Assembly: GCA_038204425.1 (NCBI GenBank)
Contig: JBBRCZ010000010.1
Span: 32,001-96,000 of the forward strand
Direction: 5' to 3'
DNA length: 64,000 bases
DNA from: Spirochaetia bacterium
Lineage (GTDB): Bacteria; Spirochaetota; Spirochaetia; DSM-27196; Salinispiraceae
The notes under the pieces were generated by a model. That model had not been told where the DNA came from, made no database searches, and saw only the letters and a list, made by a program, of their open reading frames with translations. How positions within the stretch are numbered: position 1 is the first letter of the stretch; the number at the start of each line of letters is the position of its first letter. The position numbers were made by a program, and so were the translations under genes. Positions 49,373-59,489 of the stretch are shown here, in pieces.

Positions 49373-50919
49373 CGCGCTCGCAAATGGACCCGAAATGGCA
49401 CTTCTGATAGACCACATTCTGTACGGAGGCGGTTGGTGATGAATCCGAGATAGCTCTCGGGAAAGCCATCAACACGATTTACAAAAATTACAAACTCAAG
49501 AGGATGGACCGAGGTTTGCGTTATATAACGCATTTTCCAGCGCAATGCGCCTTTGCTAGTCGGTGGCGGTGTAGTTTCTAGCCAATGAGTCAGTCGACTA
49601 TTAAGTTGGCCGGTGTCCATTCGGGTCAGCAGCTGTTGATGCAACGACACCGCTTTGGCCAATAGCTCATTGATACCTTGAGCATTGAGTGCAGAAATTG
49701 CCATCACTGGCGCAAAAGATAGAACAGGAAATAAATACCGCACCCGGTCAGTTACAGCAGCAAACTGGTTTGGCAGATTGGGCAAGAGATCCCACTTGTT
49801 CAGAACGAGAATACAGGCTCTACCATGGTTGATAATCTGCTGTGCAATTTTTTTATCTTGATCAACCAAGCCCTTTTCTGCATCCATCATTAAAAAAACC
49901 ACATCAGCTTCTTCTATACTTGCAATAGCTCGATTGACAGAATAGTATTCAAGATCCTCGTGAACTCTCGCCTTTCTACGGATACCGGCCGTATCAAGAA
50001 TACGAAAAACCTTGTCTTTGTAAGAAAAACTACCCTCAATTACGTCCCTTGTCGTGCCGGCAACAGGCGACACAATTGACATATCAGAGTTGGTTAAAAG
50101 ATTAACCAGCGTTGACTTACCGGTATTGGGTTGACCAAGAATAGCGATGCTAAGGTCCCAAGAGCTGGCACGCTCGCGCCCGCGCAGAAGGACTGGACGC
50201 GAAGCTTTAAGCTCGTTGTCATGGGGAACCTGTCCATTTTCGTCTGCTTCTTGCTGGCTGCCATCGTCCACTAGGTCATCTGCGTCATCTTGAGCGACCG
50301 GGCCAGAGGATTGGTCATCGGATTGTTCTTGCGGGTCATTGGGCTCATCAGGGTAAAGCTCGGTCAAATAAACACTGTCATCTCTAACTATCGCGAGCAC
50401 GGTAAGGATTTCTTCTCGCAGTTCCTCAAAGCCATAACCGTGGGTGGCCGAAACGCCTAAAACGCGAGAAAAGCCGAGTTTGTGAAAATTCCAAACTTCT
50501 TGGTCTCTCTTTTCGTTATCGACTTTGTTGACTGCTACGATAAGTCGCTCAGAAAAGCCTCTCAGCCTCTTTATAAACATTTCGTCATCTGAGGTTATGC
50601 CCTCGACAACATCGAGAACCAAAATTAGCACGTCGGCATCTTGAGCTGCCGAAAAGCTGCGCGAAGTTATGAGTTGATCAAGGTAGTTGCGTGATTCGGT
50701 TAGGCCGCCCGTATCGACAAGTACAAGGTCGTGACCATTGCATTGCCACAAAGATCTAACTGGATCCCGTGTAACTCCTGCTGTGGGGTCAGTAATCGAC
50801 TTTCTTTTGCCAAGCAATCGGTTAAAAAGCGTCGACTTGCCAACATTTGGACGCCCTATCACGCATATTTTGGGTATGGTGGGGTTATAATAGGGCGTAT
50901 TAGTAGTAATTGATTTCAA
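49369..50919 (-). CDS. der: Ribosome biogenesis GTPase Der (EngA)
   Basis: Two G domains (GRPNVGKS/DTGG/NKVD and GQPNTGKS/DTAG/NKWD), long acidic linker, KH-like C-terminus; TTG start with SD GGAGGA. Confidence 0.95.
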   Translation of the reverse strand: MKSITTNTPYYNPTIPKICVIGRPNVGKSTLFNRLLGKRKSITDPTAGVTRDPVRSLWQCNGHDLVLVDTGGLTESRNYLDQLITSRSFSAAQDADVLILVLDVVEGITSDDEMFIKRLRGFSERLIVAVNKVDNEKRDQEVWNFHKLGFSRVLGVSATHGYGFEELREEILTVLAIVRDDSVYLTELYPDEPNDPQEQSDDQSSGPVAQDDADDLVDDGSQQEADENGQVPHDNELKASRPVLLRGRERASSWDLSIAILGQPNTGKSTLVNLLTNSDMSIVSPVAGTTRDVIEGSFSYKDKVFRILDTAGIRRKARVHEDLEYYSVNRAIASIEEADVVFLMMDAEKGLVDQDKKIAQQIINHGRACILVLNKWDLLPNLPNQFAAVTDRVRYLFPVLSFAPVMAISALNAQGINELLAKAVSLHQQLLTRMDTGQLNSRLTHWLETTPPPTSKGALRWKMRYITQTSVHPLEFVIFVNRVDGFPESYLGFITNRLRTECGLSEVPFRVHLRAR

Positions 50920-52657
50920 ATCGTTCCTCCATGACCGACTTAACAAAGGCGCCGATCTCAGAGGCCGTAGACATATCCATTATTGTAGCAATAACTTCTT
51001 CTGCTTCGGTAATACTCGTGGATCGGATGATCCGTTTTACTTCCGGTATTCCGAAAGAACTCATACTGAACTCATCAAGCCCCAATCCGAGCAAAACTAG
51101 GGCATACAATGGATCGCCCGCCATTTCCCCACACATGCTTACAGACAAACCAGCCTTGTGAGCATCGTCAATAATGCGCTTGGTCAGTCTAATTAAGGCG
51201 GGATGAAGCGGTTCGTAGAGATAAGCAACATGTTCGTTGCCACGGTCAACAGCGAGAGTATACTGGATTAGGTCATTGGTTCCAATAGAAAAGAAGGCAG
51301 ATTTTTTGGCAAGAATGTCAACTGTTAAGGCTGCCGACGGAACTTCGATCATAATTCCGACCGGGACGTCTTCATTAAAGGGTTTTCGTTGTTTACGCAG
51401 ATCTGCTTTAACTTGTTCAAGAATCTCAAGTGCTTGTTTTAGCTCCTGTATTCCAGAAATAAGCGGGAACATTATTTTTAGATTTCCGTAGACCGATGCT
51501 CTCAAAATTGCTCTCAGTTGGGTACAAAATAATTCGGTCTGGCTCAAACAAAATCGTATAGCTCGCCACCCGAGAATGGGGTTTTTCTCACCGACACCTG
51601 GATTGTTTTCGGCCCTTGCGCCTCTAAACAACTTGTCTCCACCTATGTCCAAGGTTCTAATGGTCACCGGCAATTTTCCCATCGCTTTGAGCACGCGAGA
51701 ATAGGCCTCAAACTGCTCTTCTTCATTGGGCAGGCTGGCAGAGCGCAAGAACAAGAACTCAGATCTAAACAGACCAACGCCGTCGGCACCGTGAGACAAG
51801 ACGGCATCAACTTCTTCGGGTATTTCTATATTACCAAGCAGCTTGATAAGCTTGCCGTCTTTTGTTTCTGCACTTAGGTCATTGAGGCGCAGAAGCTGAA
51901 CTTCGCGCTTTTGGTGAGTTTTTTGTAGGCTTGTATAGAATGCAATGGTGGCATCGTCTGGCTCGAGGATAACCTTTCCTTTGTTGCCATCGATTATTAA
52001 CATGGTGCCGTTTTGAATCTGCGAACTAAGTTCGTTGAGGCCCAGAACTGCCGGGATTTCAAACGCGCGCGCCAAGATGGCGGTGTGTGAGGTCTTACCT
52101 CCAGCATCCATGGCGATACCCTTAACTTTAATTTTGTCCATGCTAATGGCATCACTAGGCATCAAGTCTTTACACACCAAGAGAATATCGCTCTCGAGCT
52201 GCGCAATCGACTTTCGCTGCACGTGCAAGAGTTGATTGAGGACTCTTTTTCCAACATCGTGAAAATCAGCGGTGCGCTCTCGCAGGTATTCGTCTTTGAC
52301 CAGCTTTAACTTGCCAATTAAGTCCTGCATAATAGTAGAAAGTACCGATTCTACGTTTAGCAAAGACTCGCGGATACCTTTTTCTATTTTTTCTGCAAAA
52401 TCTGGGTCTGAAAGCATCAAGAGGTGGGTATCAAGCATATTGACTTCATCTGCACGCAATTCCTTAAAGGCACTTTCCTTTAGTTGTTCTATCTCCGCTA
52501 TTGCGCGCTCAACAGCTAAACGAAAACGTTGATATTCCGACGAAGCTTGATGCTTCTCTATGGCGTAAGAGGGAAACTTTGTGAGTTCTTCAATGTGGAG
52601 GTAGGATTTTCCTATTGCAATCCCCGGCGAGGCCGAGATACCCGAAAATGTTTTCAT
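50900..52657 (-). CDS. ptsI: PTS enzyme I (PEP-protein phosphotransferase)
   Basis: GISASPGIAIG, GGKTSHTAILAR (phospho-His), GLFRSEFL, FSIGTNDLIQY, CGEMAGD. Confidence 0.96.
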   Translation of the reverse strand: MKTFSGISASPGIAIGKSYLHIEELTKFPSYAIEKHQASSEYQRFRLAVERAIAEIEQLKESAFKELRADEVNMLDTHLLMLSDPDFAEKIEKGIRESLLNVESVLSTIMQDLIGKLKLVKDEYLRERTADFHDVGKRVLNQLLHVQRKSIAQLESDILLVCKDLMPSDAISMDKIKVKGIAMDAGGKTSHTAILARAFEIPAVLGLNELSSQIQNGTMLIIDGNKGKVILEPDDATIAFYTSLQKTHQKREVQLLRLNDLSAETKDGKLIKLLGNIEIPEEVDAVLSHGADGVGLFRSEFLFLRSASLPNEEEQFEAYSRVLKAMGKLPVTIRTLDIGGDKLFRGARAENNPGVGEKNPILGWRAIRFCLSQTELFCTQLRAILRASVYGNLKIMFPLISGIQELKQALEILEQVKADLRKQRKPFNEDVPVGIMIEVPSAALTVDILAKKSAFFSIGTNDLIQYTLAVDRGNEHVAYLYEPLHPALIRLTKRIIDDAHKAGLSVSMCGEMAGDPLYALVLLGLGLDEFSMSSFGIPEVKRIIRSTSITEAEEVIATIMDMSTASEIGAFVKSVMEERFEINYY

Positions 52658-52665
52658 TGTCTCCC

Positions 52666-52694
52666 ATGATAGTAACACATTTCCATACTGTCAA
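52666..52694 (-). promoter_or_regulatory. sigma70-like promoter of ptsI-der
   Basis: TTGACA-N17-TATCAT, 8 nt before the ATG. Confidence 0.7.
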
Positions 52695-52707
52695 ACCAAA
52701 ACGTATA

Positions 52708-52751
52708 TGGCACGGTAAGTGCCTAAAAAAAACAGCACTATGTGCCGATGT
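52708..52751 (+). promoter_or_regulatory. Candidate sigma54 and sigma28 promoters of the GerMN gene
   Basis: TGGCACG-GTAA-GTGC (52708-52722) and TAAA-N16-GCCGATGT (52724-52751). Confidence 0.45.
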
Positions 52752-52758
52752 TAATAGC

Positions 52759-53568
52759 ATGCCACCACGAAGAGTCACTAGAACAAGAACACGAAGCAAT
52801 CCAACCAACACAGGGGCCGGGAGCAACAAAGCAAGTCCAAGCGGGAGTTCAAAGACCTTCTTATTTTTGGTGCTTGCCATTATTATTCTGATAGTTCTTG
52901 CGATGGTCCTTAGAGAACCCCTGGGGCTTCGCTTGGCCAATGGTACTAGTTCTACAATTGCATTTACTACTAGCAGCCTGCGAACAGTCACAACTAGTCC
53001 CGCAAAAAATATGATTGTTGATGGTGGCAGCAACCCAGCTACACAAACCTCAACTACGCAGAACGCAGATAGTAATCAAAATCTAAAAACCACTAGCACT
53101 GTTAGGTCCAATAACAGTATCAGCACAAGCGTTGCGGCCAAACAACTAAAAAAATTGTCTATTTACATGGTTAATGTCTCAAGTGATGGTCGAATGTCAT
53201 TGGAAAATGTCAGTCGGAGTGTCGATTTTGGTGAGAGCCCGCTTACGGCGAGCATCCAAACCCTACTCAAAGGTCCTAGTGGCCAAGAAATAAGTTCCGG
53301 TTTGGTCAGCATGGTACCAGTAGGAACAAGACTCTTATCTGCTTGGGTTAGCAACGACGTGGCCTTTTTAAACTTTAACGAAAACTTTATGTTTAATCCC
53401 CTGGGTACTACCGGCTTGGCTATACAATTACGCCAGATAGTCTTTGTTGCCACTGAGTTTCCAACAGTTAAGAAAGTACAAATCCTGATCGATGGAAAGA
53501 AGACTGACTATCTTGGTGGTGACAACGTTTTTGTGGGTAAACCTCTTGGAAGAGCAGATTTTAGATAA
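52759..53568 (+). CDS. Membrane-anchored GerMN-domain protein
   Basis: Basic N-tail, one TM, S/T-rich linker; LLKGPS..E...GLVSMVPVGTRLLS, QIVFVATEFPTVKKVQILIDGK. Confidence 0.85.
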   Translation: MPPRRVTRTRTRSNPTNTGAGSNKASPSGSSKTFLFLVLAIIILIVLAMVLREPLGLRLANGTSSTIAFTTSSLRTVTTSPAKNMIVDGGSNPATQTSTTQNADSNQNLKTTSTVRSNNSISTSVAAKQLKKLSIYMVNVSSDGRMSLENVSRSVDFGESPLTASIQTLLKGPSGQEISSGLVSMVPVGTRLLSAWVSNDVAFLNFNENFMFNPLGTTGLAIQLRQIVFVATEFPTVKKVQILIDGKKTDYLGGDNVFVGKPLGRADFR

Positions 53569-54505
53569 GTCCTGCTAGTTTGTGGGCTTGCCAGTCTCTT
53601 GCCAAAAAGGTCATTGACTGCTGTTCTATCAGGCTGGGTGAGCCATCCATAAGTCTCAGATGAGCCAAATATTCTTGGTTTCCCTTGCGTCCTCGCACCC
53701 CTGCTCCCGCGATCTTGACCAAGCCAACTTGTTCTGCAGCCATCCGGCTTAGCAAGTCCTTTACAATGGGAAGCCCTAAGTCGTCGCCAACAACTCCCGC
53801 AAAAAACTGACCTTCTCCAGCGTCACTTGAGTCGGGCGACTGATTGCTTTTTTTTAGTGCCTTGTCATGGTGTTTTTTTTCAAACTGCGGCTTGATTAGC
53901 GCATAGAGATCATTGTCTTTACATAGGCTTAAGATATGACTCGCGACACCCTCTAAAGACCTAAATGACAAATCAGCTACAGCGGCATCCGGCATGGGTT
54001 GCAAGTGTTTAACGGTCATGATATTGCATCGTTCGTGCAGCCTAAGCTGGGGACAAGAGCGCAGCCGGTAGTCGATCAGGTTGTAGCCAACATCAACGGC
54101 GTGCACGAGCTGTACTCCTCGTAAGATCAAACAGTGGCTAAAGCCCCCGGTAGATGAGCCCGCATCAATAAAAATTTTTCCGCTGACATCAATTCCCCAA
54201 GCCTGCAAAACAGAGTCGAGCTTGTCCCCGGCACGAGAAACAAAGGGTCGCTGTGGTAAGTGGTAGTCGTCATTGCCTGCCAAGTTATCGCCGGGCCGCG
54301 TAGCTATTGACCGTTGTGGCTTATAGTTCGTTTGCCAAGCGGCTTTTACTCGACGTTTAGGATCACGACAGCGTTCATCGTTGAGACAAACATCACCACA
54401 GAGAATGTAGGCCAAGGCCTGTTCACGATTGATGCCGGCAAGGCGCAGATCGTACTTGCCTTGTTCTATAAACAAATCCAGCAGGGTTTGAGACTTTGGG
54501 CTCAT
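53561..54505 (-). CDS. tlyA: TlyA family rRNA methyltransferase
   Basis: S4-like N-terminus, FVSRAGDKL, DAGSSTGGFS, AVDVG, DLSFRSL, LIKPQFE, GNQEY. Confidence 0.9.
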   Translation of the reverse strand: MSPKSQTLLDLFIEQGKYDLRLAGINREQALAYILCGDVCLNDERCRDPKRRVKAAWQTNYKPQRSIATRPGDNLAGNDDYHLPQRPFVSRAGDKLDSVLQAWGIDVSGKIFIDAGSSTGGFSHCLILRGVQLVHAVDVGYNLIDYRLRSCPQLRLHERCNIMTVKHLQPMPDAAVADLSFRSLEGVASHILSLCKDNDLYALIKPQFEKKHHDKALKKSNQSPDSSDAGEGQFFAGVVGDDLGLPIVKDLLSRMAAEQVGLVKIAGAGVRGRKGNQEYLAHLRLMDGSPSLIEQQSMTFLARDWQAHKLAGLI

Positions 54506-55293
54506 ACCAAGGAACGAGAACTCATTCGTTCTATTGAAAGTGACTTGCCTGTTTGTGGATCAATGGTCATTAGCACTGCACGTAAGTAGGCCGGATTGCT
54601 ACTAACCTCGTTCTTGAGCGGCATCTGACTCAAACTTCGTTGGATACCAATTTCCGTATTGAAGCCAATGATGCTGTCTGCCGGACCACTTGCACCCACA
54701 TCGCTCAAATAAGCTGTACCCTTGGGCAAAATTCTCTCGTCAGCAGTTGGAATGTGCGTGTGAGTTCCTATCAAAGCACTAATCTCACCGTCAAGATACC
54801 AAGCTAAAGCTTCTTTTTCTTCGACCGCATCAGCGTGCATGTCAACAATAATACACTTGGTTTCGTTGCGTAGTTTGCGCACGGCTTCTTTTCCTTTTTT
54901 AAAAGGACAGTCGATAGCCCACATACGCGTTCGACCTTGTAGATTAAGCACACCAACTTTTTGACCTTTGACCTCAACCACGCACATGCCCTTACCTGGA
55001 TTAGGCGAGGGATAGTTGTAAGGGCGCAGCAAATTTGGCTGACTATCTAGGACAGGATAAAGCTCGCGATGGTGCCAAATATGATTGCCCGAAGTAATGA
55101 CATGAATACCGCTGGCGAAGAATTGTTGCACAATTTCCGGCGTCATGCCAAAGCCGTCTGCAGCATTTTCACCATTTACAATTATTAAGTCAGCAGCGCT
55201 ATCACGCTTAAGAGCTGGTAAAAGGCTAATCATGGCACGTATACCTGCTTGCCCGATAATATCCCCTACCAAAAGCACTCGCAATTCTTTCAT
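54502..55293 (-). CDS. ymdB: YmdB family metallophosphoesterase
   Basis: GDIIG, NGENAADG, TSGNHIW, DMHA...EK, GTHTHIPTADERILP. Confidence 0.93.
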   Translation of the reverse strand: MKELRVLLVGDIIGQAGIRAMISLLPALKRDSAADLIIVNGENAADGFGMTPEIVQQFFASGIHVITSGNHIWHHRELYPVLDSQPNLLRPYNYPSPNPGKGMCVVEVKGQKVGVLNLQGRTRMWAIDCPFKKGKEAVRKLRNETKCIIVDMHADAVEEKEALAWYLDGEISALIGTHTHIPTADERILPKGTAYLSDVGASGPADSIIGFNTEIGIQRSLSQMPLKNEVSSNPAYLRAVLMTIDPQTGKSLSIERMSSRSLV

Positions 55294-55399
55294 CAAACTA
55301 CCTCAAAAAACTAAAAGACTATTCTTCATAGAAACAGTGCTCGCAACAACGTGCATTCTATGCTGTCACAATCCGTGTGTCACTATGCTTCAAATTCCT

Positions 55400-55433
55400 A
55401 AAACAAAAAAGGCCGTCCCAGAATGAGACGGCC
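55400..55433 (-). terminator. Intrinsic terminator after rny
   Basis: GGCCGTCTC-ATTCT-GGGACGGCC followed by TTTTTTGTTTT. Confidence 0.85.
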
Positions 55434-55452
55434 AAATCTTATTGCCAATCAA

Positions 55453-56982
55453 TTAACGTGCATACTCAACAATTCGAGTCTCACGTATCATTGTTACTTT
55501 AATGCGCCCTGGATACCGTAATTCGGCTTCGATTCGCTTGGCGATACTACGCGCCATATCGCGGGCCTCAGAGTCACTTACCTTCTCATGGTCTACCATA
55601 ATGCGTAGCTCACGACCAGCTTGAATAGCAAAAGCCTTATCTACACCCTCAAAGTCCTCTGCAATCTTTTCTAGTGTTTCAAGACGTTTAATGTAACTGT
55701 CGAGTGCTTCTCTTCGAGCGCCAGGCCTCGAGGCCGACAAGGCATCTGCAATCTGGACAATAACCGATTCCACGCAGTTGTGGGGTACGTCGCCATGATG
55801 TGCAGCAATCGCATTGATGACCCTTGGGTCTTCTCCCATACGTTTTGCAAGCTCAACTCCAAGTTCGACGTGGTTAGAGTCGCCATCGGATTCAATTCCC
55901 TTGCCTATATCATGTAAAAGACCGGCTCGTTTTGCAAGCTCACGATCAGCTCCAATTTCTGCCGCTAACATTCCTGACAAAATAGCAACTTCACGTGAGT
56001 GTGACAGTACGTTCTGACCATAACTCGTTCTAAACATAAGTCTGCCAAGACCACGCACGCCCTCAGGCTTCATGTGATGAATACCAAGGTCAAAAAGTGT
56101 CTTCTCGCCTTCTTCATAAATGTGCTGGCTCATTTCTTGAGTTACTTTTTGCACTATTTCTTCAATACGAGTCGGATGAATTCGTCCATCAGAAATAAGT
56201 CGCTCAAGGCTTCGCCTTGCAATCTCTTTGCGCACTGGATCAAAACAGGAAACCACCACAGCTTCTGGTGTATCGTCGATAATGACGTCTACTCCAGTCA
56301 AAGTCTCAAGTGTTCTAATGTTTCGACCCTCACGGCCAATGATACGACCCTTCATTTCATCGTTGGGCAGGGCAACTGACGAGATTGTAACCTCGGCATT
56401 AACTTCACTTGCCATTCGTTGAATTGTAGAGATCATGATCTCCCGACCCTTGCGTTCGGCAGTGGCAAGAGTTTCCTGTTCAATCTTGTTGATCAGGACC
56501 TGCGCATCATGCCGAGCCTCATCCTCAAGGCCTGAAATAATCAGCTTTTTGGCCTCTTCCATACTGAGCCCAGAGATTCGTTCAAGCTCTCCCGTCAATT
56601 GAACTTTGAGTTCATCAAGTTCAAGTTCCTTCTCGGTTATCTTTCTCTCGCGATCAGTGTAAAGTTGTTGCTGTCTTTCGACAGACAACATCTTTTTATC
56701 CAGGTTTTCTTCCTTCTGTAAAAGACGGCTCTCTTTTTTTTGAAGTTCTCCGCGTCGTTCGCGAAGATCTTTTTCTTGTTGATTTCTCTCCCGCAATAAC
56801 TCGTCTTTTGTCTCGACAACCATCCTCATTTTAAGAGTCTCGGCGTCCTTTAAAGCATCACGTTTTAGTCTCTCTGCCTTCTGTTCCGAAGACGAAAGCT
56901 GAAATCTGGCATAAAGCCATCGAATAATCCAACCTAGCACTAAACCGACAAGAGAAAGTGCAATACTTAGCAAAACTGGCAT
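55453..56982 (-). CDS. rny: Ribonuclease Y
   Basis: N-terminal TM, coiled coil, KH ([13 protein letters not shown]), HD (LLHDIGK), [12 protein letters not shown]. Confidence 0.97.
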   Translation of the reverse strand: MPVLLSIALSLVGLVLGWIIRWLYARFQLSSSEQKAERLKRDALKDAETLKMRMVVETKDELLRERNQQEKDLRERRGELQKKESRLLQKEENLDKKMLSVERQQQLYTDRERKITEKELELDELKVQLTGELERISGLSMEEAKKLIISGLEDEARHDAQVLINKIEQETLATAERKGREIMISTIQRMASEVNAEVTISSVALPNDEMKGRIIGREGRNIRTLETLTGVDVIIDDTPEAVVVSCFDPVRKEIARRSLERLISDGRIHPTRIEEIVQKVTQEMSQHIYEEGEKTLFDLGIHHMKPEGVRGLGRLMFRTSYGQNVLSHSREVAILSGMLAAEIGADRELAKRAGLLHDIGKGIESDGDSNHVELGVELAKRMGEDPRVINAIAAHHGDVPHNCVESVIVQIADALSASRPGARREALDSYIKRLETLEKIAEDFEGVDKAFAIQAGRELRIMVDHEKVSDSEARDMARSIAKRIEAELRYPGRIKVTMIRETRIVEYAR

Positions 56983-57011
56983 AGCACCCTCCACCTTAGT
57001 TAGTAGTTTCT

Positions 57012-57040
57012 AACTTAGGTTAACAAGAGGGCTTTGTCAA
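57012..57040 (-). promoter_or_regulatory. sigma70-like promoter of rny
   Basis: TTGACA-N17-TAAGTT (same hexamers as the rho promoter). Confidence 0.7.
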
Positions 57041-57129
57041 TGGCATATGAGAATATCATTAAGACAACATTTGATATATTAGATATTATTGACTTAAGGT
57101 CGACATTCCTTTATTTTCAAAAATTTGGC

Positions 57130-58383
57130 CTAAAAAAAGGGTACTAAAGGCAGTCCAAAGACCACGATAGTCAACAACGCAGCCAAAAAGAGAGCTAGGT
57201 TTCGTTGTTTTCTTGGGGAATAAAGCATGACTCGGTCGCTATCAAGAGACTGATTTGTCGAAGCCAAATGGATTGCTTGGTGTTTAAAAAGTAGTCTGTC
57301 AATGTCGGCCAAAAGCGTCTTGGCTCTGATGCTGGAGCGCTTGGACATTAGATTTTCATAGGCCAGAAACATCGATGCAATGGTAGCGCCGATTCGTCCA
57401 GGGATTTTGAGACTTTTGCGCACCGTGCCCAGAGAGATAAAAACCATGCCGATGATTGCCATAGACTTGTTGAGTCCATCCAGCAATGCACCTTGGGTAA
57501 TACTTAGTCCGGCAATAACGACTAGTTCTTTGCCGTCAGGCAGAAAGAGATTAAAAAAACTTATGGAAAGTGCCAAAACCAAAAAGTAGCCAAACTGAAT
57601 TTTTTTGCCTGCCAAAAGGACGAGTAATAGTAGAACTGCTAACTGTACTGCGCGCACGGTAATGTTTTGTTGCAAGACAAAGGCTAGCAAAAGTACCAGC
57701 CCCCAAACAAACATCGTCAAAGCACTCAAGTTGTTGCCAAAAAAATCCCAGCGTGCTGAGAGACGCCAGGATTTTCTACTTCTTTTTGCCGGTTTGCTCT
57801 GCGCAACAAAGGGTTCACCGTAGGTGATGTTAAGATACTGCAAGCCTCTGTTATCAATAAAGTCCTTATACCACAGCGAATGGCGCGAAAAAAGATGGGC
57901 TGCCATGCCGACAGCAAAACCGCTCACTAAGCCCAAACCCAAAAATACAGGCACGATAATCCAAGCTTGTTGACCAAATATGAACCACAGAGAAAGTTGA
58001 ACTTGAACCAAGTTGCTTGCCAATGAACCAGCAATTCCGATACCCAGCAGAGAAATATGCTTTCTAGCAAAGCGATGCAGCAAGAACATCAATGCTACAC
58101 TAACTATGGTGCCACTGGCCGAAAAGAGAACTATGTAGCTCGCCAAGGTGCCGTTTACAAGAGCTTGACCCAAAACTTTGAGCAGCGCCAAAAGTGCAAT
58201 TTGCTTGGGCAAAAATACTGATAGAACCAACAAAATTGGCAGATTTGCTAAACCAAGACGAAAGAAGGGAACGGGCTTGGGAACCAAGTATTCTATCACC
58301 GAAAAAAAGAGACAGAGAGCTCCAAAAAATGCGACTTCTTGCAGTTGATCTCGCGTAAGGTGGTTAAAAAAGCGTTCTTTCAT
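57130..58383 (-). CDS. Gx transporter family membrane protein with a second C-terminal membrane domain
   Basis: IEYLVPKPVPFFRLGLAN, FSASG...S, SLLGIGIAGS..SN..Q; about 200 extra residues with TMs and ITQGALLDG. Confidence 0.7.
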   Translation of the reverse strand: MKERFFNHLTRDQLQEVAFFGALCLFFSVIEYLVPKPVPFFRLGLANLPILLVLSVFLPKQIALLALLKVLGQALVNGTLASYIVLFSASGTIVSVALMFLLHRFARKHISLLGIGIAGSLASNLVQVQLSLWFIFGQQAWIIVPVFLGLGLVSGFAVGMAAHLFSRHSLWYKDFIDNRGLQYLNITYGEPFVAQSKPAKRSRKSWRLSARWDFFGNNLSALTMFVWGLVLLLAFVLQQNITVRAVQLAVLLLLVLLAGKKIQFGYFLVLALSISFFNLFLPDGKELVVIAGLSITQGALLDGLNKSMAIIGMVFISLGTVRKSLKIPGRIGATIASMFLAYENLMSKRSSIRAKTLLADIDRLLFKHQAIHLASTNQSLDSDRVMLYSPRKQRNLALFLAALLTIVVFGLPLVPFF

Positions 58384-59359
58384 CTAGCTCCCGACTTTCA
58401 TCTATCTGCCGACTTTGACTTAGGACCTTGCCTTGTGACCATAAGCGGCCCTGATAATTCTTGTTGGCGATCATATACTTTCGAAGGTCGTCTGCAAATG
58501 CATAGTTTTTGACTCCACCCCAATGGGGTGCAAGTATTCGCTGGGGTGGCGATTCGTTGAGAAAACGTTCGACAAGAATCTCGGGTGCCAAACGTTCTAA
58601 AAAGTCTATCACAAGTTGGCGATATTCAAGCAAGCTCGCAAATTGAAACTGCTCAGGACTTGTTGCAAAGCGTTTGGCGAGTGCGCTGCCGGCCAAAACT
58701 TGGAGATGGTGAAGTTTGATGCTATGTGGCTTAAGAAACGAAATTTTTTGGGCATGATCAACTTGTTCTTGATACGACTCTCCTGGTAAGCCCAGAATCA
58801 AATGAGCGCCCAGTCGAAGTCCTCGGCTATGCGCCCGGTCAAAGGCTTGTTCTACGGCGGCAAAGTTGTGGCCACGGTTCATGCTCAGCAAAGTCTTATT
58901 CAAACAAGACTCAATACCAATCTCAAGAGCCAAAAAAGTACGCTGCGACAAGAGTGCAAGTGCATCGAGAAGACTGTCGCTTAAAGTGTCGGGTCGGGTG
59001 GAAATTAAGATGCCGCGTACTCCTGGCACTGTCAGCGCCTGTTGGCAATCGACGAGCAAGGTTTGCTGATCTCCCCAGGTGCTGGTATAACCTTGGAAGT
59101 AGACCAAGTAGTCTTGTTCGGCGCTCTTATGTTCAAAAAATTTTAGTCCTTCTTCAATCTGCTGGACGATGTCCTTGTTAGAACTACAGTAGGCCGGTAA
59201 AAAGCTTGTTCCGTCGCACCACGCGCAGGCTCCCAGTCCGTTTTGCCGGTTTGGGCAACTTGAGCCAGTGTTTACCGATATTTTTTGGACACGCTTAGCA
59301 AAAAAAGAGCGCAACCATAATCCATATTCTGCCCATGGTTGAGTATTTAGTGTCTTCAT
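58364..59359 (-). CDS. YhcC/TIGR01212-type radical SAM protein
   Basis: VQKISVNTGSSCPNR...CAWC, VYFQGYTST, STRPD, HLILGLPGE, IKLHHLQV. Confidence 0.9.
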   Translation of the reverse strand: MKTLNTQPWAEYGLWLRSFFAKRVQKISVNTGSSCPNRQNGLGACAWCDGTSFLPAYCSSNKDIVQQIEEGLKFFEHKSAEQDYLVYFQGYTSTWGDQQTLLVDCQQALTVPGVRGILISTRPDTLSDSLLDALALLSQRTFLALEIGIESCLNKTLLSMNRGHNFAAVEQAFDRAHSRGLRLGAHLILGLPGESYQEQVDHAQKISFLKPHSIKLHHLQVLAGSALAKRFATSPEQFQFASLLEYRQLVIDFLERLAPEILVERFLNESPPQRILAPHWGGVKNYAFADDLRKYMIANKNYQGRLWSQGKVLSQSRQIDESRELDERTLF

Positions 59360-59362
59360 GAA

Positions 59363-59436
59363 TGAGAACGGCGGGGTTCGAACCCACGACCTTCGGCTCC
59401 GGAGGCCGACGCTCTATCCAGCTGAGCTACGTTCCC
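59363..59436 (-). tRNA. tRNA-Arg(CCG), CCA not encoded
   Basis: GGGAACG acceptor stem, D-arm GCTCAGCTGGATAGAGC, anticodon arm TCGGC-CTCCGGA-GCCGA, T-loop GGTTCGAACC, discriminator A. Confidence 0.95.
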
Positions 59437-59489
59437 GAGAGACTCACAGTGCAGTATGCAAGCCGTCATGTCAACAAGACCAAAGGCGT

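Noticed and set aside
50160..50390. Long acidic insertion in Der
   Set aside because: The linker between the two G domains is known to be acidic and length-variable.
53840..53885. Poly-A/T runs in tlyA as phase-variation tracts
   Set aside because: Runs of about 8 encode Lys in an intact frame; similar runs are common in the window.
55294..55452. 6S or other ncRNA between rny and ymdB
   Set aside because: The space is explained by the rny terminator and a candidate ymdB promoter (GTGACA-N17-TAGAAT); too short, with no long rod structure.
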